64,000 nucleotides of DNA from the human T2T-CHM13v2.0 reference genome, Homo sapiens: the NCBI RefSeq assembly GCF_009914755.1, contig NC_060944.1. One strand, 5' to 3'. The translations under genes were made by a program, and so were the position numbers. Shown here piece after piece: positions 1 through 19,337 of this stretch. Position 1 is the stretch's first letter. Every line of letters starts with the position of its first letter. The notes under the pieces are model-generated. The model saw only the letters and a program-made list of their open reading frames with translations. It did no database searches and was not told where the DNA came from.

Positions 1-912
1 ACAAGTGGTGGAAAGCACTGTTTATGAGAAAGTGCTCTCTTCTGGCCGTCACTGAGTCTGAGGCTATGAGCCTTTAGAAGGCTCGCAAGTCAGACAGATG
101 TCACTAAATAAAGATCTTCCCGCTGCTTCAAAATGAAACAAATCAACCTTTCCTGATGCCTCCTGGGAGAGATGCTGAATCTGTGCTTCTAAGAATTGAG
201 ATCATGACTCCGCTCACCACATATAGTGATACTGAACTGAACTAGATCAGGTGCAAAGCCAGCACTCAGATGAAAACTGCATCCAAAGTTGCCCTTGAAA
301 GTTCTCAAATCATTGGTAAGGTTTACAAATTCTTATTTTGAATATCTAATCCTCGATCATCATAGTTATGCATGGTAAACAGTGAGGACTACTAGGCTCC
401 ACCAAAAGGAGCAGAGGGAAGGCTACATGAAGACACCTGGGCATTCATACAATTCTGGCTTTAAGAGAAGTGTCAAATTCCAGGCTGAATGAAGGAGGAA
501 TATTCCATCCAGCCTGGAGGTCTCGCTTCATTGCTTACTTTAATCCTCTAAAATCTTAGTACATGTTCACAAACTCATTTGAAATAGAGAAAACAACACT
601 CCTGAAGGCATTAAGTACTGAGACCGTGTTTGACCTGACTCATATGTGCTACATTCTTCCACAAGTTCTACAGAAGCACTTGGCTACCTGCTTCCTGTCT
701 TTCTAAGTTGGCATTTCTTGCCAGAGGCCCTCTGAAGAACCATCGTATTTATATCCTTGGGAATCACTAAAGCCATCTCATACCAGGGGTAGGCTGTAAT
801 ACAGGTACTTAGCTAATTGTAATGGTGAAGTGAATATACTGTATCAGAAGTGGGGGAAAACAAGCGGTCAGAACACTCTCAGGCCTGTTTCAACCCAAGG
901 AAGTGAGTTTAC

Positions 913-1884
<972 letters not shown>

Positions 1885-2021
1885 CTATGTGATTATTTTT
1901 GAGAAGAGAAACTAAAAGGAATGAGAGGAGAGTTAGGAAAGGCTTAAGGTCTCCTTATATACTTTTTGTTACGTTTTACGTTAAAAAATCATACGAATAT
2001 ATGCCTTTTAAAGAAAGGTTT

Positions 2022-2669
<648 letters not shown>

Positions 2670-3680
2670 TTATACCAAATACATATACAATGGAGGGCAT
2701 ACAATGTAAATATGTAATATAAAGGATAATAAAAATATATAAAATGAATACCCAAGTACCTTCCACCCAATTTAAGTAGAAAACTGACAAATTTTTTGAA
2801 GACCTTTGTTAGCCTTCCTAACCCGAATTTTATATTACTCATTTCCTTTTTAAAAGATAATAATGTTACCACATTTATACTGTATCTAAGTAACACATTG
2901 TCTAGTATATATGTTTCCATAACTTGCCTTTTTTTTTTTTGAGACTATGTCTGTCACTCAGGCTGTAGTGCAGCATTGCAGTCATGGCTCACTGCAGCCT
3001 CAACCTCCTGAGCTCAAGCCATCCTCTCGCCTCAGCCACCTAAGTAGCTGGGACTACAGGCATGCACCACCACACCCAGCTAAACTTTTTCCTTTTTTTT
3101 TTTAGTAAAGACAGGGTCTCATTATGTTGCCCAGGCTGGTCTCCAACTTCTGGGCTGAAACGATCCTCCTGCCTTGCACTTGCAAAGTGCTGGGATTACA
3201 TGCATGGGCCACTATGCCCGGCTAACTTGCCTTTTTCATTCAGCATGTTTTTGAGATTCATATGTGTTACTGTATATGCTGTGTTTCATTCCTTTTCACT
3301 GTTGTACAGTATTTCATTATCTGAGTTGACTTAATTGATCCATCCATTGAAGAAATGTTGATGAACATTTGAGTTCTTTCTGATTTTCTGCTATGATAAA
3401 GTGGTTATGTAAATTTAAATATCCCCAGCAGCAGTGCATCAGAGTTTCCATTGCTTCAAATTCTCATCAACATGGGGTTATATCAAACTTTAATTGTTGC
3501 CAAACTGGTGTGTAAGTAATAGTTATCTCATTGTGGTTTTAATTCCTCTAGTTTTTAATGAGCACTTTTCATATATCTATTGAACAATTTCCTATTTTGT
3601 GATGTGCCTGTTAAAAGTCTTTTATCTCATTAGCTGCGCGTGGTGGCACTTGCCTGTAATGCCAGCTACTTGGGAGGCTA

Positions 3681-3782
<102 letters not shown>

Positions 3783-3958
3783 TCAAAAAAAAAAAAAAAA
3801 AAGTATTTTATCTCTTTTCCTTATATTAAGCTATTTGTCTTTCTCTGATTGACTCATAGCTCTTTATTTATTCTGGGAATTATTTTTAAGTCTCACTGTT
3901 CTGGTATTTACTATATTCTACGTTAAGATTTGATTCTAGGAAGACATGCACTTCTTAC

Positions 3959-4073
3959 CTGTATTCTCAGGTCCTGCTGGAGAAACACTTTGCGTGAAAG
4001 AACCGACACCAAGACCTAGCCACTCCAGCATCATGGAATGCTTCCAGTGCTGGAAGCAAATCCATTCACTATC
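3959..4073 (-). CDS. ZNFX1: ZNFX1 coding exon 7 (DSEWICFQHWKHSMMLEWLGLGVGSFTQSVSPAGPENT)
   Basis: ccttag| acceptor, |gtaaga donor. 115 nt, phase 0 to 1, in frame with both neighbours. Confidence 0.95.
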
Positions 4074-4357
4074 CTAAGGAAAGAAGAATGATCATTTGTG
4101 AGGATTCTATGACAACCAATGTGAAGGCTGGGTCTCCTCAAAGAATCAAAAGCAGATTGGGGCATGGTAGCTCATGCCTGTAATCCCAGCAATTTGGAAG
4201 GCCAAGGCAGGAAGACTGCCTGAGCCCAGAAATTCAAGACCAGCCTGGGCAATACGGTGAGACCCTATGTCTTTAAAAAGAGAGAAAAAAAAAAGACTGG
4301 GCGTGGTGGCTTGCGCCTGTAATCCCAACACTTTGGGAGGCTGAGGCAGGCGGATCA

Positions 4358-4537
<180 letters not shown>

Positions 4538-4540
4538 CTA

Positions 4541-4708
<168 letters not shown>

Positions 4709-4769
4709 TCAAGACCCTATCTCAAAAGAAAAAAGAATCAAAAGTAATTCCCTTAAAGTTTATAGGCTG

Positions 4770-5530
<761 letters not shown>

Positions 5531-5618
5531 TATTGTTAAAAAAAAAAAAGTTCAGAGGCTGTGAACTGGCATCTCCTTGGGCAACTGGAACATTTAACAT
5601 GACTTGTATAGAATTTTA

Positions 5619-5792
<174 letters not shown>

Positions 5793-6828
5793 TCAAGAGG
5801 CCAAGGTAAGAGAATCGCTTGAACCCGGGAGGCGGAGGTTGTAGTAAGCCAAGATCGCGCCATTGCACTGCAGCCTGGGGTGAGAGAGTGAGAACTCTGT
5901 CTCAAAAAAAAAAAAAGAAGAAAAAAAAAAAAGAATTAAAAAAATTTTCCAGCCTATTTTGACAAAATCAGGAGCTATGGCAGCAATGACTGTTTATTAC
6001 TGAATGGCAACAAATGGCTGGAGCTGGGTTGCTACCACATCTGTTCTAGTTTGCCACAGTCCTCTCTGCTTCTTAATATTTCAAATCTAGATTGCTTCAC
6101 TTATTTGTAAGACCTGAATGACCTCTGTAAGCTTTTGGTTTGTAATCCTGTAAATCAGCAACCTAATGGTAACAAAGCTACCATTTCACTGGGTTCCTAG
6201 CCTGCCACTTTACAGAGACTGTCTCAGTTATTTCTTACCATATCTTTTGAAGGTAGGCATTATTATTATCCATGTTTGATTGCTGAGGATCACATGAACC
6301 CAAGTCACACAGTCAGTCTGCATGACTATATCTATCAACCCCCAAGTTCTCTATCTGTGCTAGTTTGCCTCTGGTTATGATTTTCTTCATTTCATTTAAC
6401 AAACACTTATAGTACAGTTACTAAATTAATAAGTTTACAAATATCACCTTGCTCATCTAAATAACAATCCTGTAAGAACAAAGATCTGTAAGAAATTGCC
6501 TTTTTTGCAAATCAATATTACAGATGTTGGCAATTTCATATGGTTCAACTTAATGCTTATTATTATCCCCATTTTATAAAAGGGGAAACAGCCACAGAAA
6601 ATTAAGTAACTTGTCCAGAGCCAAGCTCAGACTAAAACCCAACAGGCTGGTTCGAGTTTTGTTCCTGACCAGCATATTCAGCTGCCTCTCATCACAAAAG
6701 GGAACTTTACACATTGTGGCAGCATCAGATTATCAAACAGGTAAAGTTTTGGACTGATGCTTCTCCTGGAGGCTACCTCAAAGTACTGAGGCCAGAGACA
6801 TATTTGTGTCCCCCAGGATGACCCCTAC

Positions 6829-6978
6829 CTGCACTGGTCCATTCATGAGACTTTCCCAGTGCTGGGGTGAGATGTACTTCTGCAGGTACTGTTCCCGTAG
6901 GACACCACGCATGGTGCACTCCAGGGTCTTGGCTCCTTCATGAAGCTCTTGCTCTGACTCCTTCATCTGTGTCATGAT
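6829..6978 (-). CDS. ZNFX1: ZNFX1 coding exon 6 (IMTQMKESEQELHEG...MNGPVQ)
   Basis: ttggaag| acceptor, |gtaggg donor. 150 nt, phase 0 to 0. Lies inside ORF 6778..7029. Confidence 0.93.
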
Positions 6979-7311
6979 CTTCCAAGAACAGAGGGAAAGA
7001 AATGATGAGGAAATATCATCATCCCCCAAACTCAGTCCTCACCTTGAGGGAAAGCAAAGCTAAGACAGGAACAGTAAGGAGGGAGAATAAATAAATAGAC
7101 TGGTCAACAAACCAATTTCCCAAGGCACATTATTGTGGTCTTGAAACCAAAGAACTAGTATCGGTTGAGTGTGGTGGCTCATGCCTGTAATACCAGCATT
7201 TTAGGAGGCCAAGGCAGGTGGATCACTTGAGGTCTGTAGTTCAAGACCAGCCTGGCCAACATGGCAAAACACTGTCTCTACTAAAAATGCAAAAATTAGC
7301 CAGGCGTGGTG

Positions 7312-7830
<519 letters not shown>

Positions 7831-8210
7831 TCAAGGCTCACAATATCTGTTCTCTCTCTTTTCCTTAGTAATAAGAACTCAGATTTTTGACTGGGCACAT
7901 TGCTGCCCAGCTAAAAGATGACATTTCCCTGGTCAGTTGGCTGTACACAGAGGTGCTGTGGGTGGTATGGGGGAAGGAGCGTTAAGGTAGGGTGGGGATG
8001 GGCAGTGTTTCCTTGTCTTTTCTCCATCTTGGATTGTGAAGGCAAAGGTCATACCAAGGGATTGGCAGAATAGAATGCTGAAAGGAACCTGGGTCCTCCA
8101 GAGCTTTGAGGAGCCTCCAAATCTACCCTGGGCTGCCTACCCAGAAAGCCACTGCTATCTTGTTTAGGTCCCTCTTGAACTACCCCAGATATTTCAGAGC
8201 TGGGACTTAC

Positions 8211-8359
8211 ACTCATGTAGGCCCTTCGGAGGTGCATGGGGAGGTTGCGGCGGAATTCCCGCTTGTTCCTCAGCTCCCTTAGGGTGAACTGCTTCAGGAT
8301 TTCACTGTTGCTCCTTCCACCCACCCGCACAATGCTGGTCTTCTGACAATTGTAGATGC
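8211..8359 (-). CDS. ZNFX1: ZNFX1 coding exon 5 (IYNCQKTSIVRVGGRSNSE...RRAYMS)
   Basis: ccacag| acceptor, |gtaagt donor. 149 nt, phase 1 to 0. Contains the UPF1-like helicase 'IVRVG' motif. Confidence 0.95.
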
Positions 8360-9629
8360 CTGTGGAACAAAGTGGAGCATGGCAGGGTTGAGAGGAGCTT
8401 ATGCTAGGTTCTCTCAGGTGAGAGCTGTGTGTATTTGGGATCTAGTCTGGTCCCTTAGAGAATAAACTTGTGCTTAAAGGAAATTTACCCCATTAATGAG
8501 TGAGAAGGTCCCCGAGAAGATGTGACCTGCAGAGCAGTAAAGTGTAGCACTTAAGGAGTACAGGTTCTGGAATCAGACAACTAGGGATCCAACTCTTAGC
8601 TCTACCACTTATTGCTGTGTAACCTGGGGCAAGTGACTTGAGTCTCAGTTTCTCTGTCTGTGATTTAGAGATGGCAATATCTCCCATATAGGGCTACAGT
8701 CTGGATAAATGAAAGAAAATCTTTAAAGCTCCTAGCTAGGGCCCAGCACAAAGCAAGCACCCAGGATATGTTACATATTTTTCACTCTGCAGATTTACTG
8801 ATTGCTCATATGTTTTAGGCATGTGCCAAGTTCTGAAGATATAGCAGGAGAAACATAGGCCCAGTTTCTGATTTGTTATCATTTCTTTGTCTCTGGCAGG
8901 AAGTTACTCATTAAATAATTAATACGGCAGCAATAAATGTAGTGAGTACTGGTAGCAGGGGACATTACCTAGTCTGGGTGGGGTAGGGATCTATTTTTAA
9001 GAATCTAATATTTAAACTCAGACTCTAAGAATAAAGATTTATCTAGGTGAAAGGGAGGTATAGAAGAATAAAAATAAAGGAAAAGCATATATTTATTCAT
9101 CCATTAATGTTATTTAGTATTTTTTGAGTGCCTAATATGTGCCAGGATATGTGAATACAGCAAGAAAAGGACCAATCCTCATCTAGGGTAGCGATACATA
9201 AAATAGATTATAAAAAAATAAAAAATGCAAAAGAGACTTCACTTTGGGGCTATAGAAAAAGTCCACCTGAGAAGAGAGATTTAAAGTGGGACCAGAAGAA
9301 TGAGTAGGGCCAGGTTGAGTAGGGCCAGGTTGAATAAGCTCAAGATGGAGAGGGAAAAAACTATTCCAGGCCAGAGGATGGCATGGGCCAATGGAGGACG
9401 TAGAGGCTTTCAAGGAACTGAAGATAACCAGTGTTGCTGGAGTTAGGGAGAACAAGGTTAAGAAGTAGGAGCTGTGGTTCACAGTCCAGCTGGGACAGAT
9501 CACAAACGGCCATGTAAGTAATGATAAGGACTGTTGACTTTGTTTGAAGAGCAATAGAAAGCTACTGAAGTTGCTGATGGTTCAATCATCAACATCTTGA
9601 TAGAGAACAAATTTGCCTATAAGTATTAC

Positions 9630-9761
9630 CTTCCAGAAACTGGTCCAAAGCATGATTAGTATAACACACAACCAAGATGGGGAACTTCTGGAGGCTAATT
9701 TGCCAAACAGACTCGTTGGTTAGGAGGGCCTGAACAATTTTTAGACCCACATAGGTTTTGC
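9630..9761 (-). CDS. ZNFX1: ZNFX1 coding exon 4 (KTYVGLKIV...LVVCYTNHALDQFLE; SF1 helicase motifs I/Ia)
   Basis: ttctag| acceptor, |gtaata donor. 132 nt, phase 1 to 1. Completes Walker A (GPPGTG|KT) and carries motif Ia (CYTNHALD). Confidence 0.96.
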
Positions 9762-10411
9762 CTAGAAAATAAGGAAAAAGGAATTTAACAATTTAGACAT
9801 TTTCTAAATAAAGTAATTACTCAGAGCAAAATCTTTTTTTAAATTTAATAAAATACATTAAGATAGTTTAAAATCTAAGAAGCGTACATTGTATATTGTG
9901 AAAAGTCCCTCTTGCACTCTGTCACCCAGTTCTCTGGGTGGAAGCAACCAATGTTACCAGTTTCTTTTGTAACTTTACAGAGACAGTATATCCATGCATA
10001 TACAAACAATACAAATGTGTATTCTTTTTCTAGACTTCCCCTTTTCTCCTTAAAATATGAATAGTAACAGACTATTTTTACCATTCTACATCTTGATTTT
10101 TTTTCACTTAATGTATCTTGAAGGTCATTCTCTATCAATACATAGGAGAATCCCATCCCCCCCACCCCCCCCTTTCCTTTTTACAGCTGTTAAGGTATTT
10201 TTTAGCCAGTTTTCTATTGATGCTGTATATATTGTTTCCAATCTTGTGGCAAATTAGAAATACTTTTTATATACATGGTAGATTTGCTTTTGTGATGGGA
10301 GGGGAAAACTTGTAGAAATCAACATTGGAATAAGAGTTATAGGCTCATTAGTAAATGGCCATTAATTAATTAATTAGGCTAAAAACTGCTAAATTCTCTC
10401 TTTTTGTTTGA

Positions 10412-10576
<165 letters not shown>

Positions 10577-10590
10577 TAGATGGGGTTTCA

Positions 10591-10701
<111 letters not shown>

Positions 10702-11336
10702 TTACATTGTGTCAGGCTGGTAAGGTAGACACTGTCCTCAAAAATCTCAAAGTTGAGGGAGGGAGTGATATAAGATAATCAAAGATTTCACTACAGCAGG
10801 ATAAGTAACAATTTCTTCCTTCTTTTTTAAGGCCCTATGTTGTCCAGACTGGAGTGCAGGGGCTATGTGTACTGCAGCCTGAACACCTGTTTTCAAGGGA
10901 TCCTCCCATCTCAGCCTCCCAAGTACTTGGTACTACAGGTACTCGTCAAGACGTCCAGCTTTGTTACATAAAGTTTTTTTTTTTTTTTTTTTTAAATCAT
11001 GAGTTGCCATTACTTCATTGGTGTTTTTTAAAGACTTCTTCCTGTTTGGGGTTTTGTTTTCTTTTGGTACTTCCTTTCGGAGAGTAATTTAGCAGTAGCT
11101 ATTTTAACTGTTAATGTAAATTCCCACTTCTAATAATAGTTATGAACCCAGAGTAGAATTAGAGAGTGGCACATGGGGAGAAAGGTATGGGAAGGTATAG
11201 TTCCACGACAAGTACAATGTGGCAGATAGGAGCCAGGATTCTACAGCTAGACTGCCTGAATTCAATTCCTAAACTTGTCACTTAACATTTGTGTGAGCTT
11301 CAGTACATACTTCCCACCTCTTAAGAGGTTATTTAA

Positions 11337-11579
<243 letters not shown>

Positions 11580-11984
11580 TAGCCAGGATGGTCTTGATCT
11601 CCTGACCTTGTGATCCACCCGCCTCAGCCTCCCAAAGTGCTGGGATTACAGGTGTGAGCCACCGTGCCTGACCAACTGTATAATGGTTTTAGTAATGGCT
11701 TCTATTTCACAAGGTTGTGAGGATGCAATTAGTTAAGGTATGTAAAGTAAGTAAAATGTTGCTTCACACATAGTGCTATTATATATTTGATACTATTTAA
11801 TTTAAAATAATATAAAATTGAACCAATTATATAAAGCAGAAATCACACATCTCACTACATTTGACCTCTAGCAATCTTGTATCTATTACTATGCATGACA
11901 ATGGGTTCCTATTGGAAAATCCCTATGAGCAGCTACTTTATAAACAAATTTTATGCCCATTTCGGGAGGAATGTTATTAACTAA

Positions 11985-13345
<1,361 letters not shown>

Positions 13346-13439
13346 AATAAGAAGACATTCTAGAAACCTAGAGTGAAGGCTCCGTCCCTTGCTTATCTTA
13401 CAAAGCAGATCTTATGTACTCTAAAAAATTTTGTCTTAC

Positions 13440-15248
13440 CTGTTCCAGGAGGTCCTTGAATAATAGCCAGTTCCCTTGTGAGAGCAAACTGCAAGGCTTC
13501 CATCTGGGAGTCATCCAGCTTCAGGGCTTCTTTTGAGGGCCACTGGCCAGGATCTAAGACATTAATTCTGGGATGTCTCAAACCCTCGACATTTCTTAGA
13601 AATTCCCCAGTGGCTGAAGGATTCTCTATTAAGGGGGTAAAGTCATATCTGCCCCCCATTAGCAAGTACCTTGGCTCCTTCACATGAGAGTTACACTCCA
13701 CGATATTCCTCTGGAAGGGAACATCTTCCTCCTGGACCTCCTGGAGTCCTTCCAGGACGTGCCTGTAGGCCTCAAAGTATGCAGTTGTCTCTACCATGAG
13801 GAAAGAGTCAGAGGGCTGGACCTCTGCTAGCAGCTGTTGGCTTTGCTCATTGAAGCAGAGCTGGACAATTCCTCGGCAGAGATCTTCCTGCTCCCTGTTA
13901 GATACGGTGGCAAAAAGAAATGTCTCGAAGTTGTCCTTGGACATGCATACCAAAGACCCATAGAGCAATCGTTTGGAATTCTGCCAGCGAACAAACTTCA
14001 GTGGTTTTGTGTCAAACTGCACCTTGTAGACTATGCCTGATGATGAACACATGGGGGTGATAATCCTGGTGTCAAAGTAGATTCGGATGTCATCAAACTT
14101 TCTCTTCCTCAGGCCCTGGTCTTCAAAGCTTTGGAGAAGTTCCAAAATACCTTCCCGTAAAGGTCTGACGAAATCTTCTCGCAGGAGCCGGAAGTGGGTA
14201 TCCAGATAGATAGCAGTGCTGTCGTATTTTCCAGAAATGATATTGGGGCGAAGGAAGGGCCTCTCATCCAAGTGCACTTCATTGTAGGTAGGGTAAATGG
14301 GCATGGTTCGGTAGCTCTCAACATGGTCTTCTGCCTCAGGCTGCACTAGAGTGTAGGTATCCACTCTCAAAGTGCCCTCTCGCCTCTTTTCCTGCAGATG
14401 TTCAATGATAGTCTGTACCTTTTCCAGGTTCTTCTCCGTTTCCTCTTCTATGTCAACACCAGAGGCTCTCAGAGCATTAAGAGAGGTTGGCAGGAGGGAA
14501 ACCAGCATGGAAGTTTCCTGCACAGAGCTGGCAGGGAAGACACTTACAAGGTCCTGGAGGAGGGAGATGATGTTGCTTATGTGCTCTGGATACTGGTTTC
14601 GGATGTCAGGGATGGGTTCAGTGATCATCCCTACCACATAAGCAGGCAGGCAGACTTTGAGAAATTTGGAGTTTTTCAATATGCCCAGTACATGGAGAAC
14701 ACTCTGGCGATCCATTTTGGAGCTACAAGCCTTCCGAAGAACCTGACAGATGAGCTCAAGGAAGTTAGATTTCATGGAAGAATGAGAAAGGAGCTCTTTC
14801 AGCCCTAAACTTGTGGCAAGTGTGATGACCACCTCAGAAGGGTCTTTCTGCAGAAGACTTTCTAAGAACTTGTAGCCCAGTTTCTTCGCCTGCTGTGGCT
14901 GTTCTGTAGGCTTCTGGTGGGGAGTCCGCCACTGCTGGAAGTTGTCATTGGACCATGGTGGTCTGCGGTTCCTACAGTCCTGGTTGCCATTTCTCCACCT
15001 GGTGTCATTCTCCTGGTCATGTCTTTGGTCTCTAGCTTCGTCGCTGGCATGCCCCTCCTGGTTCCTCCTTCCTTGATGTGGGTTCCTGCCCATGGCCCTA
15101 AATCTCTCTTCCCTCTGCCAGTAAGCAGCAGGATGGTTGTTGGCCCTAGGATGCCTTCCAGGGTGGCTGGCTCCTCCTCGGAGAGCATTGGCTGGTGGGT
15201 TATTGGCCTGATTTCTAGCTCTTGGTGGTAACTCTCCATCCACAGGGC
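13440..15248 (-). CDS. ZNFX1: ZNFX1 coding exon 3 (1809 nt; N-terminal disordered and helical region up to Walker A GPPGTG)
   Basis: Core of the 645-aa ORF 13393..15330. gtttag| acceptor at 15250/15249, |gtaaga donor at 13439. The protein is recognisable as NFX1-type zinc finger-containing protein 1 (SF1/UPF1-like RNA helicase). Confidence 0.98.
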
Positions 15249-15664
15249 CTAAACACAATGAAATATTGAGTAACCACAAGAACCAAGTTCTGTTGGAAAC
15301 CCAACAGAACGACAATGAACGTGCTTTCATTTTCCAAAATAACTAAAGAGCTCAGGTTTTATACGGTAAGAAAAACGGTTTCTACCAAGTCATATGATAA
15401 ATGAAAGATAATTACTGTTGCTGTAGAGGTTAGGAAAATATTATTTTTACAAAGGACGCAAAAGGGAAAAGGAATAAACAGTTATTGAGTACCTGATGTG
15501 TGTTAGAGAATAAATACATACAGTATGTCTCATTGCTTCTAATCTCATGCCAGTACCAAATAACAGTCAGGACATGAGTTTAAAGGCCAAACTGACTTGG
15601 TTCAAACATTGGCCTGGCCACTGCCTTACTATATAACCTTGGCCAAGTTGTATAATTTCTCTAA

Positions 15665-15979
<315 letters not shown>

Positions 15980-16580
15980 TGGGGATTTTATAAAGATTAA
16001 ATGTTTATAAAGTGCTTAGTATAGTACTGGACACATTAAAAACTCTCAATAAATGTTAGTTATTACTAGTAGCAGTAATTGGGAATATCCTATTGATTCT
16101 AAGGGGGCCACTGGTTCTACCACTAAACAATTATCACAGCCAACAGAGACATCAAGTGAAATAATATTACAAAGGGAAGTACTACCTGAATGCTGTCCAG
16201 CATCAGCAAATGCAGTTTGAATGGGAAAGAGAAAGGTGGCGTTTCCTTACCAAGATGTTTTTGAGCTAACAGACTATGAAAGAAACTGAAAAATGAAACT
16301 CAAGTTTTCCTCCTTTCTGTAGCATGAACTTCACCCTCATAGTACTTACCAATTACCAACCCTTATACAGGAAGCCTAACATACCCAAAGTCCAGTTTTT
16401 TTCACTTTCCTTTTTGCTAAAACTGATTCTGGGGCTGACCTAACTTAGCAGAATGACATGAAGATTTTAAAAACAAATAAAATACGACTGTATACAATGA
16501 TTTGATAAAAAAAGTTGTAAAAGCTTCAAATGCATGTTATATTTGAGATGATTATACCATTTCCTTACATCAGATACTAA

Positions 16581-16742
<162 letters not shown>

Positions 16743-17095
16743 TGACTCAGCCTCCTGAGTAGCTGGGACTACAGGTACCTGCTGACACACCTGGCTACTT
16801 TTTTGTGTTTTTAGTAGAGATGGGGTTTCACCATGTTAGCCTCGATGGTCTCAATCTCCTGACCTCGTGATCCGCCTGCCTCGGCCTCCCAAAGTGCTGG
16901 GATTACAGGTGTCAGCCACCGTGCCCAGCCGAGACTTTAATGTGACAACATAAAGGAATATTTGGTAAAATATAAATGATCTACAACTGAACTCTAAATT
17001 TTTATAATTGTTACTTACATATTTACTTTTCAAACTACCTCCAAAATCAGAAGAAAGTACTACTTTTAATATTTTTATCTGATTAGAAGACTCTA

Positions 17096-17592
<497 letters not shown>

Positions 17593-18037
17593 TTAGTAGA
17601 GTGATGGTCTTGGAACTAATTTAGCTTTGGTGACTAGGATTCACGATCTGCACTATCCAATACAAAGCCATTAGCCACATGTGGCTGCTATGTTTGTGAA
17701 ATGTAACTACTTTGAATTAAGACGTGTAAAACACACGAGATTTTGAAAGCTAGTACCAAAGACTGTTAAGCATTACATTAAAAATTTTTATGTTGATAAT
17801 ATCTTAAAATGAGTATTTGAGGGAAATAAATATATGTGAATTATTAAAGTATGATAATAAACTATAGTCAATTATTATAATCAAATAACATTTTGGTTAT
17901 ACTGGGTTAAATAAGACATTATTAAATTCCTAAATTTTATTAAATTGTCATCAAATTGAAAAAATAAATTTCAAGGCCAGGCACAGTGGCTCACGCCTGT
18001 AATGCTAGCACTTTGGGAGGCCAAGGTGGGTGGATCA

Positions 18038-18301
<264 letters not shown>

Positions 18302-18339
18302 TTACGTTTTAAAATGATGTTTCTATAAAATAAAAACTA

Positions 18340-18722
<383 letters not shown>

Positions 18723-19276
18723 CTATCACTGTTTTTGTTAAAGTGAACTGCACCCATTCATCAGCTCTCTTAGGAAAAGTGGAGGGTTGGCTGTTTTTCA
18801 GAGTAATTCATGAAGTAATTAAGAAATAACTCATTCTTTTTTTTTTTGAGACAAGGTCTTTCTGTCACCCAGGCTGGAGTGCAGAGGCCAGATCACAGTC
18901 CAGAGCAACCTCTGCCTTCTACACCCACCCCTTCCTGAGGTTCAAGGGATCCTCCCACTTCAGCCTCCCAAGTAGCCTAAGTAGCTGGGACTACAGGCAC
19001 GCAGCACCAAGCCCGGCTAATTTATATATTTTTTTGTAGAGAAAGCCTATTGCCATGTTGCCCAGGCTGGTCTCAATCCCCTGGGCGTAAACAATCCTCC
19101 CGCCTCAGGCTCCCAAAATGCTAGGATTATAGGCTTGAGCCACTGCATCCAGCCATAGTCATTCTTTACTTGAGAGATGCAGACAATCTTAGGTAGGCCT
19201 GCTCATTTATAGAGAGCCCTATTTCCTTCTCTTATTACTAGAATTTCCTTCTCATTAGGTAGGAAACCTTGCTTAC

Positions 19277-19337
19277 CTCTGTGGTTGGTATGGGAATTCC
19301 TGGGCCTGGCATCCAGATGAGGTCTTCTCTCCTCCAT
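19277..19337 (-). CDS. ZNFX1: ZNFX1 exon 2 coding part with start codon (MEERRPHLDARPRNSHTNHR-G)
   Basis: gacATGG start at 19337, |gtaagc donor at 19276. 61 nt, phase 1, joins exon 3 as G|GC. The 5' UTR acceptor is ambiguous: the exon starts at 19377 or 19385. Confidence 0.95.

Noticed and set aside
15249-15330. N-terminal extension (MKARSLSFCW...) of the 645-aa ORF
   Set aside because: It lies upstream of the exon 3 acceptor. The true start is in exon 2 at 19337.
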